DNA from: Macrostomum hystrix | Taxonomy: Eukaryota; Animalia; Platyhelminthes | Length of the DNA stretch: 64,000 bases | Assembly (NCBI GenBank): GCA_950097015.1 | Contig: CATNEN010000038.1 | Location: forward strand, 18,414,001 to 18,478,000 | Direction: 5' to 3' | In this document: positions 28,201-43,200 of the stretch, piece after piece | How positions within the stretch are numbered: the stretch's first letter is position 1 | Layout of the letters: each line of letters opens with the position of its first letter | The notes under the pieces: model-generated | The model's database searches: none | Seen by the model: only the letters and a program-made list of their open reading frames with translations | What the model was told of the DNA's origin: nothing | Made by a program: the position numbers and the translations under genes

Positions 28201-31200
28201 TACGTTCTATAGCCATAAGTAGCTATGTACTCACTAGTATGTAGTTTTTCATATATAATCTTGAGTTAATGGTAAGAATGAGAATTTGAAATAATTAGGT
28301 AAATGATCAGAAATTGTATGGGAGAATTAAGGAAGTGAGATAACGGGAGAACTGTGCAAGAGAGAGAATGGGAGAATTAAGGAAGTGAGATAACGGGAGA
28401 ATTGTGGAAGAGAGAGAATGGGAGAATTGTGGAAGAGAGAGAATGGGAGAATTGTGGATGAGAGATAATGGGAGAATTGTGGAAGAGAGATAATGGGAGA
28501 ATTGTGGATGAGAGAGAATGGGAGAATTGTGGAATTGAGAGATAATGGGAGAATTGTGGAATTGAGTTAATGGGAGAATTGTGGATGAGAGATAATGGGA
28601 GAATCGTGGAAGCTTGAGAATGAGAGTCGGGAATCCGCGAAGAAAGATGATGGGAGAAATGCGAAATTAGAAGTTTGTGCTAAGGATCTGCTACTGTTCG
28701 GGAATTTTTTAACGAGGCCAAATCAAAACTGATAATTAAATATAGTTGAGTTGGGAGATGCACTTAACTTAAATTATTGTTCTCGCGTTGACAACCAAAG
28801 GGTGTTAATATTCTTTGAATTAGTTTACTCTAATTTACTGAGCATGCTCAGGCCACATTGTGTGTGGTCTAATTTCATGACAATTTCATTGCTACTGCTA
28901 TTACATTGTGTTGCCTGACCCTTTCTGGCCCTTCACTCAGCTAACTACTGTATATAATACTGAGTCATGGCGTTATCAATTTTCTATTTCTAATTGGTCA
29001 CTGCAGGGCGGTCCTACAGAGTGACTGTTAGCCTAGTTTCACCCATCAGCACTCGGCTTGTGCTACCTCCGGTCGCGTTACAACTTCAATGCATCTCGGC
29101 TGGTATTTCAATTGAATCAAGTCGAGATTTTGTATTCGTATCGTCTACTAGAAGCACTTTTGTTGCCAAATTATCGAATTTGTTGCCGACGAATGTGCTA
29201 CGACCTGGTTACAATGTACGATGGGATTTTGGCGACGGAACTGTTAGCGATCAGGCGGGATGTAAGTTGCTGTCTGGTTTAAATGTCTAACATATTTCAA
29301 TGTAACACTGCCAAACATATTAATAATCTAACACGTCTAACATCTTTAGTATCTAACACGTCTAACATCTTTAGTATCTAACACGTCTAACATCTTTAGT
29401 ATCTAACACGTCTAAAATCTTTAGTATCTAACAGTTCTAACATCTTTAGTATCTAACATGTCAAACATCTTTAGTATCTAACACGTCTAACATCTTTAGT
29501 ATCTAACACGTCTAACATCTTTAGTATCTAACACGTCTAACATCTTTAGTATCTAACACGTTTAACATCTTTAGTATCTAACACGTCTAACATCTTTAGT
29601 ATCTATCACGTTTAACATCTTTAGTATCTAACACGTTTAACATCTTTAGTATCTAACACGTCTAACATCTTTAGTATCTAACACGTTTAACATCTTTAAC
29701 GTTTAACATCTTACTAATTAAATTTAGTAAAGTTGAGTATGCAAATGCGTAAATATTTACTAATAATATTTTTCAGACACTTCAATGTTCAACATTAGCC
29801 ACGTTTATCAAACTGCGAGCTTCTATCGACTGAAAGTGTCGTTACTTCAACCATATGAGAATTTTGCATCAGCAGCAGCAACAATAACAACAATGTCCAG
29901 CTCTTCTCTTGCTAAAGTTGTATTGGCTTCAAGTGTAGCTTATGTCAACGTGTTCGACCGGATTGACTGTAAGATAACTCATAAATTAATAAATCAATAA
30001 ATCAATAAATCAATAAATCAATAGATAAATGTAACATTTAACTTCCAGCCTGCACCTTGATAGCAGCCGATTACATGGTAGATTCAACGCTAAGATTACA
30101 AGGCTACACTGTTCCCTTTGTTAACAACGCCCGGTGGATTATTTCTAAATTTTTTAAAAACGATCCAGACTTCGGTAAAGAGCCAGTCTGCCGTCCCTCT
30201 GGCGCCATTGTTGAATGCGACGCCTATTTGCGAAAGTTCAGCGCGTAAGTGCCGGCAATTAGTGTCTGCTGCTGCTGTGTACTGCTATGCAAATTGCCTA
30301 TGTAAATTGTCTCCCATCTCTCCTCTTCTCTCCCCTCTCTCCTTTCCACTCCCATCTCTCCTCTTCTCTCCCCTCTCTCCTTTCCACTCCCATCTCTCCT
30401 CTTCTCTCCTATCTCTCCTTTCCTCTCCCATCTCTCCTGTCCTCTCCTATCTCTCCTCTTCTCTCCCATCTCTCCTCTCCGCTCCCATCTCTCCTCTCCT
30501 CTCCCATCTCTCCTCTCCTCTCCCATCTCTCCTCTCCTCTCCCATCTCTCCTTTCCTCTCCCATCTCTCCTTTCCTCTCCCATCTCTCCTTTCCTCTCCC
30601 ATCTCTCCTCTCCTCTCCTATCTCTCCTCTCCTCTCCTCTCCCATCTCTCCTTTCCTCTCCCATCTCTCCTCTTCTCTCCCATCTCTCCTTTCCTCTCCC
30701 ATCTCTCCTCTCCTCTCCCATCTCTCCTCTTCTCTCCCATCTCTCCTTTCCTCTCCCATCTCTCCTCTCCTCTCCCTTCCTTCTTTTCTCTCCCATCTCT
30801 CCTCTCCTCTCCCATCTCTCCTCTCCTCTCCCATCTCTCCTCTTCTCTCCCATCTCTCCTCTTCTCTCCCATCTCTCCTTTCCTCTCCCATCTCTCCTCT
30901 TCTCTCCCATCTCTCCTCTCCTCTCCCATCTCTCCTCTTCTCTCCCATCTCTCCTCTTCTCTCCCATCTCTCCTTTCCTCTCCCATCTCTCCTCTCCGCT
31001 CCCATCTCTCCTCTCCTCTCCCATCTCTCCTCTCCTCTCCCATCTCTCCTCTCCTCTCCCATCTCTCCTTTCCTCTCCCATCTCTCCTTTCCTCTCCCAT
31101 CTCTCCTCTCCTCTCCCATCTCTCCTTTCCTCTCCCATCTCTCCTCTTCTCTCCCATCTCTCCTCTCCTCGCCTCTCCCATCTCTCCTCTTCTCTCTCAT

Positions 31201-34200
31201 CTCTCATCTCCTCTCCCATCTCTCCTCTTCTCTCCCATCTCTCCTCTCCTCTCCCATCTCTCCTCTCCTCTCCCATCTCTCCTCTCCTCTCCCATCTCTC
31301 CTTTCCTCTCCCATCTCTCCTTTCCTCTCCCATCTCTCCTTTCCTCTCCCATCTCTCCTCTCCTCTCCCATCTCTCCTCTCCTATCTCCCATCTCCATAA
31401 CCCCTTTGCTCTCCAATCTCCTCTCCCCTTTCTCTCTCTTCTCTCCTTGCCAATCCCCTCTTCTCTCCAATTTACTCTGTCCGTTGAGAGAGCTGCTCTA
31501 ATTATTTTTCATATTTTTCCTGTCCTACCCCGTTCTATCCCACCAACATATTTCTCCAGTTCACTCAATCATCATAGTTTGATGATTGAGCATTATGCTA
31601 TCCTTTATTAGGCTCCTGTAAAAAATGTGGATATTTCAGTTAACATCGTATGCACATACACGCAATATATTTCACTGCCCAGGGGAAACTCAAAAATAGA
31701 GTACTGGAAAAAAATGAGCTCAAGCTTATATAAGCTTTAGATTTTAGAAGTCTGATGGATCACCGGAGGGTTCGTTCCCAGTAGGGTGTCATTGGGAGGC
31801 TTGGGGACAGAAGTTATGTTTGTTTACCGATGAGTTAGTCGCCTTATACTTAAGGCGATAAAATGGAATGAAATGGAATGAAATGGAATGAAATGGAATG
31901 AAATGGAATGAAATGGAATGAAATGGAATGAAATGGAATGAAATGGAATGAAATGGAATGAAATGGAATGAAATGGAATGAAATGGAATGAAATGGAATG
32001 AAATGGAATGAAATGGAATGAAATGGAATGAAATGGAATGAAATGGAATGAAATGGAATGAAATGGAATGAAATGGAATGAAATGGAATGAAATGGAATG
32101 AAATGGAATGAAATGGAATGGAATGAAATGGAATGAAATGGAATGAAATGGAATGAAATGGAATGAAATGGAATGAAATGGAATGAAATGGAATGAAATG
32201 GAATGAAATGGAATGAAATGGAATGAAATGGAATGAAATGGAATGAAATGGAATGAAATGGAATGAAATGGAATGAAATGGAATGAAATGGAATGAAATG
32301 GAATGAAATGGAATGAAATGGAATGGAATGAAATGGAATGAAATGGAATGAAATGGAATGAAATGGAATGAAATGGAATGAAATGGAATGAAATGGAATG
32401 AAATGGAATGAAATGGAATGAAATGGAATGAAATGGAATTTACTAATTGCCTAATCTGACAGGTTTGATGCCACAGTTAGCAACGAGGTGTCCAGTGTGA
32501 CCTGTCGTGTCTGCTGGCCCCTGTCTTCTGTAGACTTGAGCAGGCTGGACCACAACTCAAACGTACCGCTGGCATTTTCCACCGTCGCTGCCGGCGTCAC
32601 GCAAAAAATTCTAGCTGACAAAGTGTCAAGTCCTTGTGCGGAACTCAACTGGTCCTTCGTTGTAGACGGTACTCAAGTCTTCGCTGCTCAAACTGGACCC
32701 ACCGAGAAAGCCATCTCCTACAATTTTCCCAGGTGAGGATTTTTGGACTAAGGGTCGCCTCGTTGAGCTCAATTTTTGATCCAACATTTTTAGGATATAT
32801 TTTTAACTTTAACTCAAGATTTCCAGTTATCCCTAACTACTCTATCCCTAACCTAACTAAGCTACTAATCCCATCCCTGATCCCAGTTTCAGCTACTAAT
32901 CCCATCCCTGATCCCCAGTTTCAGCTACTAATCCCATCCCTGATCCCCAGTTTCAGCTACTAATCCTATGCCTGATCCCCAGTTTCAGCTACTAATCCTA
33001 TGCCTGATCCCAGTTTCAGCTACTAATCCCATTCCTGATCCCCAGTTTCAGCTACTAATCCCATTCCTGATCCCCAGTTTCAGCTACTAATCCCATTCCT
33101 GATCCCCAGTTTCAGCTACTAATCCCATCCCTGATCCCCACTTTCAGCTACTAATCCTATGCCTGATCCCCAGTTTCAGCTACTAATCCCATCCCTTATC
33201 CTCAGTTTCAGCTACTAATCCAATCACTGATCCCAGTTTCAGCTACTAATCCCATCCCTTATCCTCAGTTCAGCTACTAATCCCATTCCGGATCCCCAGT
33301 TTCAGCTACTAATCCCATTCCTGATCCTCAGTTTCAGCTACTAATCCAATCACTGATCCCAGTTTCAGCTACTAATCCCATCCCTTATCCCCAGTTTCAG
33401 CTACTAATCCCATCCCTGATCCTCGGTTTCAGCTTCTAATCCCATCCCTGATCCCCAGCTTCAGCTACTAATCCCATCCCTTATCCTCAGTTTCAGCTAC
33501 TAATCCCATCCCTTATCCTCAGTTTCAGCTACTAATCCCATCCCTGATCCCCAGTTTCAGCTACTAATCCCATCCCTTATCCTCAGTTTCAGCTACTAAT
33601 CCCATCCCTGATCCTCAGTTTCAGCTACTAATTCCATGCCTGATCCTCAGTTTCAGCTACTAATCCCATTCCTGATCCCCAGTTTCAGCTACTAATCCCA
33701 TTCCTGATCCCCAGTTTCAGCTACTAATCCCATCCCTGATCCCCACTTTCAGCTACTAATCCTATGCCTGATCCCCAGTTTCAGCTACTAATCCCATCCC
33801 TTATCCTCAGTTTCAGCTACTAATCCAATCACTGATCCCAGTTTCAGCTACTAATCCCATCCCTTATCCTCAGTTCAGCTACTAATCCCATTCCGGATCC
33901 CCAGTTTCAGCTACTAATCCCATTCCTGATCCTCAGTTTCAGCTACTAATCCAATCACTGATCCCAGTTTCAGCTACTAATCCCATCCCTTATCCCCAGT
34001 TTCAGCTACTAATCCCATCCCTGATCCTCGGTTTCAGCTTCTAATCCCATCCCTGATCCCCAGCTTCAGCTACTAATCCCATCCCTTATCCTCAGTTTCA
34101 GCTACTAATCCCATTCCTGATCCCAGTTTCAGCTACTAATCCCATTCCTGATCCCAGTTTCAGCTACTAATCCCATCCCTTATCCTCAGTTTCAGCTACT

Positions 34201-37200
34201 AATCCCATCCCTGATCCTCAGTTTCAGCTACTAATTCCATGCCTGATCCTCAGTTTCAGCTACTAATCCCATCCCTGATCCCCAGCTTCAGCTACTAATC
34301 CCATTCCTGATCCCAGTTTCAGCTACTAATCCCATCCCTTATCCCCAGTTTCAGCTACTAATCCCATCCCTGATCCTCCGTTTCAGCTTCTAATCCCATC
34401 CCTGATCCTCAGTTTCAGCTACTAATTCCATGCCTGATCCTCAGTTTCAGCTACTAATCCCATCTCTGATCCCCAGCTTCAGCTACTAATCCCATCCCTG
34501 ATCCCCAGTTTCATAAGCTCAGTGTTATTACATAAAATGGTAAAAATTTCCGCAAAATGACACTGCAATCTTCAATCTCCAACTTGAGTTCAGGTCCGGC
34601 TCCTATTCGGTATCAGTGACGGCCAGCATTGGGCCCTTCTCTGTTTCTCACACATGTCGGGTGTTCTCTATGCTACCGGCTGATCTCTGCAACGCTCCGC
34701 ATTTTTTCGTTTATCCCGAGCCGTTGCTAATTGACGGAATTGGCCTACCTGTTGGCTTCTTCGATGGAATAATTGGCGGCGTTGCTATACAATTAGCGTC
34801 CCTGGCAACCGAAACTTGCGGTTTTCAACTGAAATTAAAACAGCCGCAGCTGACCTACAGTTTGGTGATGCGTCACCTAGCAACTAACTGGACAATCTCT
34901 ATGGGACCAACTGTCTGGCCAATTTTGAATGCATTCTTTTCGTTGCCTAGCAACCATCCGCTAGGCGACTACCAAGCCGTTGCTAGGATCAGCGTTGACA
35001 TTAGCAACCAGTCAATGCAGCCAGTCTATGTAGAACGAACATTCGGGATGGTTGCGCGGCCGAGCGAGGCGTGGCTTGTCCGTCTTCTGCCCGATTCAGG
35101 CATTGGCTTCCTCGTCACAGTGTCCCGCCTTGGTAGCGATGGTACTGAAGCCGGCGCGGCGCCTTTGATCTTTGCGCCAGTGGTTAATCCGAATATGTGA
35201 GTCATTTTTATGATTATTTTCTATTGGGTTCTGGTGTTTATGGTTTAACTTTACGGGTTGAGACACCTGACCTGGTTTCTAAGGAGTTTTGAGACACCTG
35301 ATCTGTTTTCTTTGGGGTTTTGAGACACCTGACCTGGTTTCTAAGGAGTTTTGAGACACCTGATCTGTTTTCTTTGGGGTTTTGAGACACCTGACCTGGT
35401 TTCTATGGAGTTTTGAGACACCTGACCTGGTTTCTAAGGAGTTTTGAGACACCTGATCTGTTTTCTTTGGGGTTTTGAGACACCTGACCTGGTTTCTAAG
35501 GAGTTTTGAGACACCTGACCTGGTTTCTATGGAGTTTTGAGACACCTGACCTGGTTTCTATGGAGTTTTGAGACACCTGACCTGGTTTCTATGGAGTTTT
35601 GAGACACCTGACCTGGTTTCTATGGAGTTTTGAGACACCTGACCTGGTTTCTAAGGAGTTTTGAGACACCTGATCTGGTTTCTAAGGAGTTTTGAGACAC
35701 CTGATCTGTTTTCTTTGGGGTTTTGAGACACCTGATCTGTTTTCTTTGGGGTTTTGAGACACCTGACCTGGTTTCTATGGAGTTTTGAGACACCTGACCT
35801 GGTTTCTAAGGAGTTTTGAGACACCTGATCTGTTTTCTTTGGGGTTTTGAGACACCTGATCTGTTTTCTTTGGGGTTTTGAGACACCTGACCTGGTTTCT
35901 AAGGAGTTTTGAGACACCTGATCTGGTTTCTAAGGAGTTTTGAGACACCTGATCTGTTTTCTTTGGGGTTTTGAGACACCTGATCTGTTTTCTTTGGGGT
36001 TTTGAGACACCTGACCTGGTTTCTATGGAGTTTTGAGACACCTGACCTGGTTTCTAAGGAGTTTTGAGACACCTGATCTGTTTTCTTTGGGGTTTTGAGA
36101 CACCTGACCTGGTTTCTAAGGAGTTTTGAGACACCTGACCTGGTTTCTATGGAGTTTTGAGACACCTGACCTGGTTTCTATGGAGTTTTGAGACACCTGA
36201 CCTGGTTTCTATGGAGTTTTGAGACACCTGACCTGGTTTCTATGGAGTTTTGAGACACCTGATCTGTTTTCTTTGGGGTTTTGAGACACCTGACCTGGTT
36301 TCTATGGAGTTTTGAGACACCTGATCTGTTTTCTTTGGGGTTTTGAGACACCTGACCTGGTTTCTAAGGAGTTTTGAGACACCTGATCTGTTTTCTTTGG
36401 GGTTTTGAGACACCTGACCTGGTTTCTAAGGAGTTTTGAGACACCTGATCTGTTTTCTTTGGGGTTTTGAGACACCTGACCTGGTTTCTAAGGAGTTTTG
36501 AGACACCTGACCTGGTTTCTATGGAGTTTTGAGACACCTGACCTGGTTTCTATGGAGTTTTGAGACACCTGACCTGGTTTCTATGGAGTTTTGAGACACC
36601 TGACCTGGTTTCTATGGAGTTTTGAGACACCTGACCTGGTTTCTATGGAGTTTTGAGACACCTGACCTGGTTTCAATGAAGTTTAGATGTTTCTTTGGGT
36701 TTTAGTATAAGATTTTAGAGTTGTTGACGTTTGAGTAATTATGACTAGCCTCGTTCTTGGCTTTCGTTATCGACTTCCATTCTTAAAGAAGAGAAACATT
36801 TTTTCCTTTCAGCGGCAATCCAGCCAGTCTAAATTGGTCGTGCACTCCGTTCCTAGCTTCTAAGATTTCTGGCGGTTGCTTCCGCCATGCCAGTCAATCT
36901 AATGATTTGATCAGCATCTACGGCAACAATAAATACCTGCTGAGCATACCCATTAGTCAGCTCAGACCGCTGAGTCATCCTGGCCCAGATCGCTACGTCT
37001 TTGACTTCTCCAGCGTTGACTGGCGTGGTCGAGTTCATTCCACTTCTAGCCTGGTTGAAGTGGCCGATTCGCCAAGCTTTCAGTTGCGGTCAGCCTCCAT
37101 TTTATTGATGATGCTAATCTCAAAGCTAGTCGTCCGCTGCTTTCCTTCTTTTATCCATTAGATTGCCTGCCTATTTATCTCCATTTTGTTTTTTCTACTC

Positions 37201-40200
37201 TGTTCTGTCTTCTGCATTCTCCCGCTATGCTGTCTTCTTCTCTTATCCTGTCTTCTGCATTCTCCCGCTATCCTGTCTTCTTCTCTTATCCTGTCTTCTC
37301 CTCTTATCCTGTCTTCTTCTCTTATCCTGTCTTCTTCTCTTATCCTGTCTTCTTCTCTTATCCTGTCTTCTGCATTCTCCCGCTATCCTATCTTCTTCTC
37401 TTATCCTGTCTTCTGCATTCTCCCGCTATCCTGTCTTCTACTATTATCCTGTCTTCTTCTCTTATCCTGTCTTCTGCATTCTCCCGCTATGCTGTCTTCT
37501 TCTCTTATCCTGTCTTCTGCATTCTCCCGCTATCCTGTCTTCTTCTCTTATCCTGTCTTCTCCTCTTATCCTGTCTTCTTCTCTTATCCTGTCTTCTTCT
37601 ATTATCCTGTCTTCTTCTCTTATCCTGTCTTCTGCATTCTCCCGCTATCCTGTCTTCTTCTCTTATCCTGTCTTCTTCTATTATCCTGTCTTCTTCTCTT
37701 ATCCTGTCTTCTGCATTCTCCCGCTATCCTGTCTTCTTCTCTTATCCTGTCTTCTGCATTCTCCCGCTATCCTGTCTTCTTCTATTATCCTGTCTTCTTC
37801 TCTTATCCTGTCTTCTGCATTCTCCCGCTATCCTGTCTTCTTCTATTATCCTGTCTTCTTCTCTTATCCTGTCTTCTGCATTCTCCCGCTATCCTGTCTT
37901 CTTCTCTTATCCTGTCTTCTGCATTCTCCCGCTATCCTGTCTTCTTCTCTTATCCTGTCTTCTTCTCTTATCCTGTCTTCTTCTCTTATCCTGTCTTCTT
38001 CTCTTATCCTGTCTTCTTCTCTTATCCTGTCTTCTTCTCTTATCCTGTCTTCTTCTCTTATCCTGTCTTCTTCTCTTATCCTGTCTTCTTCTCTTATCCT
38101 GTTTTCTCCTCTTATCCTGTCTTCTCTTATCCTGTCTTCTCCTCTGTATTCTCTCTCTGTCCTCTCTTCTCCCCCTGTCCTCTCTTCTCCCCCTGTCCTC
38201 TCTTCTCCCCCTGTCCTCTCTTCTCCCCCTGTCCTCTCTTCTCCCCCTGTCCTCTCTTCTCCCCATGCCCGTTTCTTCCCCTTGTCCTGTATTCTCCCCT
38301 ATCGTATCTTCTCTCTTGTCTAGTCTTCTTCCCCGTCCTATTTTTTCCCCTGTCGTGGCTTCTCCCCTGCTCTTTATTCTCTGTCCCTGTCCTGTAAATT
38401 GGTTACGCCGCAGACCGAACACCTTTTCACCTCTAATTCACTCCGGCAGTGCCTCTGTACATCTGGCCGAACTGGGCTAGCTCTAATTTATATTTCTATC
38501 TATCTCAGGGGTCGGCAAACTTATATACCCCGCGGGCTAAAGAGAGAATCTTAAAGACGACGGCGGGCCGCATGAAGAAAGGGGAGAGATGAGACACAGG
38601 AGAGATCAGACAGGTGAGAGATGAAACAGGTGAGAGATGAGACGGGGGAGATAAGACGCAAGAGAGATGAGACTGTAGGGTGTACTGTAGAGGGTGTTAG
38701 GAGGAGCTAAGGGTCGGATTTGGATTTGAAGCTTCGAGGGCCGCATCTGGCCCGCGGGCCGGAGGTTGCCGATCCCTGATCTATCTGCTCATTTTTAGTC
38801 TCCAGTTGTTACGTTTTCTCATCGGTTAATTAGTCCCGTCTTCCTTTATTCCCAAATCGCCGTTCTCTACCTTTGATGTTCTATTGAGTTAAAAGCAGGG
38901 ATTTTATCCTCATTGCTCATTTCGCGTTGTGTTTAAAAAAACCGTTTAATAATTAATATTCAGAAGAAATGCCGGGTACCCAAAGAAGAGAAAAGAGATT
39001 TCCTTTAATTTTAGTCCCAATACGAAGCAGTCTCTGGGGGCGCATCGCAATTTTCACCTGAATGGCTTCAAAGTCACACGATTTACCTAATCACGCTTTG
39101 CAGGCTCATCGTCAGCCTACCCGCTTCAATCTGATCCCATCGTTTGCCTGCCTTCTTGCAGTTTTACGCGGGTCTATGTCTGTAGTCCCACAATATCTAT
39201 TCGGGGTAATTCATATTCGGATTCATATTTCTTCTCTGGGCAAAAATATTCCCATCAAATCCGTCTTCTTCATCTCCGTCATCATCGCCTCGCTTTCTTA
39301 CTTGCTCTCCTTCTCCTTTGGGATTTTAATCCCCCATCCCGCAAGCTCTTCCCCTACATCGAAAATCCTAGTCTGCCTCCTGTTTCTAATCCCCTTGTTG
39401 CTTCTGCATATCTATTTCCTGCTCTAATAGAGTTCCTCAAATTGCTCTATGCCCTAAGCCAGCGTGTTTGCATCAACCGTTTCTGTCATAGTTCACTCAA
39501 ATTGAGTAATCTTTTCCGATGAATAAATGGGCGATTATAGCATTGCGCTCTGGTCCATTAAGTGGTTTGTGGTTTTCCTAAATTTACGCGAAATGTTTCA
39601 TTTTATTAGAAAACAGAAACTAATGGCTTAGATGCCGTAATGCATTGCGAAACTAATGCAGTGTTGTTTTTTACTTTGCTAACAAACGATTTTTTTCTGC
39701 TTGGCAGCGGGTCATTGTTCTGTCGTTACCCTTCGCTTCCATTTACAAGGCAACTTTTCTCCTTCCTGCCTTCTTGTTCTGCTTTTTTGTTTCATTTCTC
39801 GTCCCCAACTATTGCCTGAATCTGCTGCTAGCCAGCTAGTTCCATCAGACCACGTGAGCGACCCCACCTGTCAATCAGAAACTGCCTGCAGCTGCAGTCC
39901 CCCTCCCTCTCTCTCCCTATTTTACAACAAAAGAGAGAAACATAACCCCTAGCAATTAGTTTTCTCCACTTTCTTTTAACAACAGAAAAAAGTTGTCTCC
40001 TAAATGGACACTGCAGATTTAATTGGCTGAGTGAAATCATCTGCAAACTGATCATTCGAATCCTAATCCTATTCCTCACCTTTAGACTGAGCATCGCTTG
40101 CTCAACCTGTTCGCCTGATTATCCTATGCTAGCTGATCCCAATCGAGACGTGGTGTTTCGCGCCCGAGTCGTTGGAAAGCCACCAGGTTGGCTGACTTCT

Positions 40201-43200
40201 CAGTCGCTGCGATTCGACTGGGCTCTGTTTGGCCTGCTCAACGATACGCAGTGGCAAACTGAATCTCTGCGTGAGTATAATAATAGTAATAATAGTAGCA
40301 ATATAATTGTAATTAGCCCACCGCCCCATTCTCACTCTAGTTAGACCTACCACCCCATTCTCACTCTAGTTAGACCAACCACTTCATTCCCTATCCAGTT
40401 GGACCCACCACCTCATTCCCTATCCAGTTAGACCCACCACCCCATTCTCACTCCACTTAGACCCACCACCTCATTCCCTATCCAGTTGGACCCACCACCT
40501 CATTCCCTATCCAGTTAGACCCACCACCCCATTCTCACTCCACTTAGACCCACCACCTCATTCCCTATCCAGTTACCCACCACCTCATTCCCTATCCAGT
40601 TGGACCCACCACCTCATTCCCTATCCAGTTAGACCAACCACCCCATTCTCACTCCACTTAGACCCACCACCTCATTCCCTATCCAGTTGGACCCACAACC
40701 TCATTCCCTATCCAGTTAGACCCACCACCCCATTCTCACTCCACTTAGACCCACCACCTCATTCCCTATCCAGTTGGACCCACCACCCCAGTCTCACTCC
40801 AGTTAGACCCACCACCCCATTCTCACTCCAGTTAGACCCGTCACATCCTATTCTTTCAGCTCAAACAAAGTGCACCAATCAAACGGCATTCCTGGGTGAT
40901 GTGAAGCCATCGCAAGCGGCCGGACCAGCGGAGCCAGTTTCCAAGGATCAAATGCACCCAACGGAGGTGACAAAGATCCGGCGACGGCGTCTAGCATTTA
41001 TTCCTCCAATCGGTGAGGGCGGCGGCGGTGAAGGCGATGGTGGTGGCGGTAGCGGCGGCGTTGGAACGTCGACATCGACGATGCCTATTTTGCCAACAAC
41101 AACGCCCACGCAACCTCTGGGATTATCTGACTCTGAGCTGCGTTACGTCATGGGGCTGGGCAGGTGAGCTTTGCATTCTCATTGTGTCAATGTGGGACAT
41201 TTAAATTAAATAACTTTTTTTATTGCTAACTTCAGACAAAAACTAGAAATTTCATTCGATTCAACTTCATTTGAATTTCTAATACCGGCTGGAAAACTAA
41301 AGCCTAACAGACGCTACCTTGTTGGCTTATCAGCCACGGCTTTTGGCGCTGATGGTGAGTGACACATTTTTAAGGGATAATGTCAAACTGAAAGGTCTTT
41401 CGGATAATTTCAGATTCAAAGATCGGATATTGGTAGATTCATTGATGATCACATGGGATAATGTTAGATTCATTGATGATCACATGGGATAATGTTAGAT
41501 TCATTGATGATCACATGGGATAATGTCAGATTCATTGATGATCACATGGGATAATGTCAGATTCATTGATGATCACATGGGATCATGTCAGATTCATTGA
41601 TGATCACATGGGATAATGTCAGATTCATTGATGATCACATGGGATAATGTCAGATTCATTGATGATCACATGGGATAATGTCAGATTCATTGATGGTCAC
41701 ATGAGATCATGTCAGATTCATTGATGATCACATGGGATAATGTCAGATTCATTGATGATCACATGGGATAATGTCAGATTCATTGATGATCACATGGGAT
41801 AATGTCAGATTCATTGATGGTCACATGAGATCATGTCAGATTCATTGATGATCACATGGGATAATGTCAGATTCATTGATGATCACATGGGATAATGTCA
41901 GATTCATTGATGATCACATGGGATAATGTTAGATTCATTGATGATCACATGGGATAATGTCAGATTCATTGATGATCACATGGGATCATGTCAGATTCAT
42001 TGATGATCACATGGGATAATGTCAGATTCATTGATGATCACATGGGATATTGTCAGATTCATTGATGATCACATGGGATAATGTTAGATTCATTGATGAT
42101 CACATGGGACAATGTCAGATTCATTGATGACCACATGGGATAATGTTAGATTCATTGATGATCACATGGGATAATGTCAGATTCATTGATGATCACATGG
42201 GATAATGTCAGATTCATTGATGATCACATGGGATAATGTCAGATTCATTGATGATCACATGGGACAATGTCAGATTCATTGATGACCACATGGGATAATG
42301 TTAGATTCATTGATGATCACATGGGATAATGTCAGATTCATTGATGATCACATGGGATAATGTCAGATTCATTGATGACCACATGGGATAATGTTAGATT
42401 CATTGATGATCACATGGGATAATGTTAGATTCATTGATGATCACATGGGATCATGTTAGATTCATTGATGATCAAGGGGATAATGTCAGATTCATTGATG
42501 ATCACATGGGATAATGTCAGATTCATTGATGATCACATGGGATAATGTTAGATTCATTGATGATCACATGGGATAATGTCAGATTCATTGATGATCACAT
42601 GGGATAATGTTAGATTCATTGATGATCACATGGGATAATGTCAGATTCATTGATGATCACATGGGATAATGTTAGATTCATTGATGATCACATGGGACAA
42701 TGTCAGATTCATTGATGACCACATGGGATAATGTTAGATTCATTGATGATCACATGGGATAATGTCAGATTCATTGATGATCACATGGGATAATGTCAGA
42801 TTCATTGATGATCTCATGGGATAATGTCAGATTCATTGATGATCACATGGGACAATGTCAGATTCATTGATGACCACATGGGATAATGTTAGATTCATTG
42901 ATGATCACATGGGATAATGTCAGATTCATTGATGATCACATGGGATAATGTCAGATTCATTGATGACCACATGGGATAATGTTAGATTCATTGATGATCA
43001 CATGGGATAATGTTAGATTCATTGATGATCACATGGGATAATGTTAGATTCATTGATGATCACATGGGATCATGTTAGATTCATTGATGATCAAGGGGAT
43101 AATGTCAGATTCATTGATGATCACATGGGATAATGTCAGATTCATTGATGATCACATGGGATAATGTTAGATTCATTGATGATCACATGGGATAATGTTA

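Noticed and set aside
30118-31611. Long ORFs (497, 404, 369 aa) and similar ones at 15143, 18851, 20921, 37163, 55205, 56561, 59622
   Set aside because: Translations of stop-poor satellites, mostly open in several frames; intronic
39062-39427. Coding-looking stretch on either strand; also 47623-47814
   Set aside because: Multiple stops or no recognisable motif, and not needed by the exon chain; possibly old TE debris
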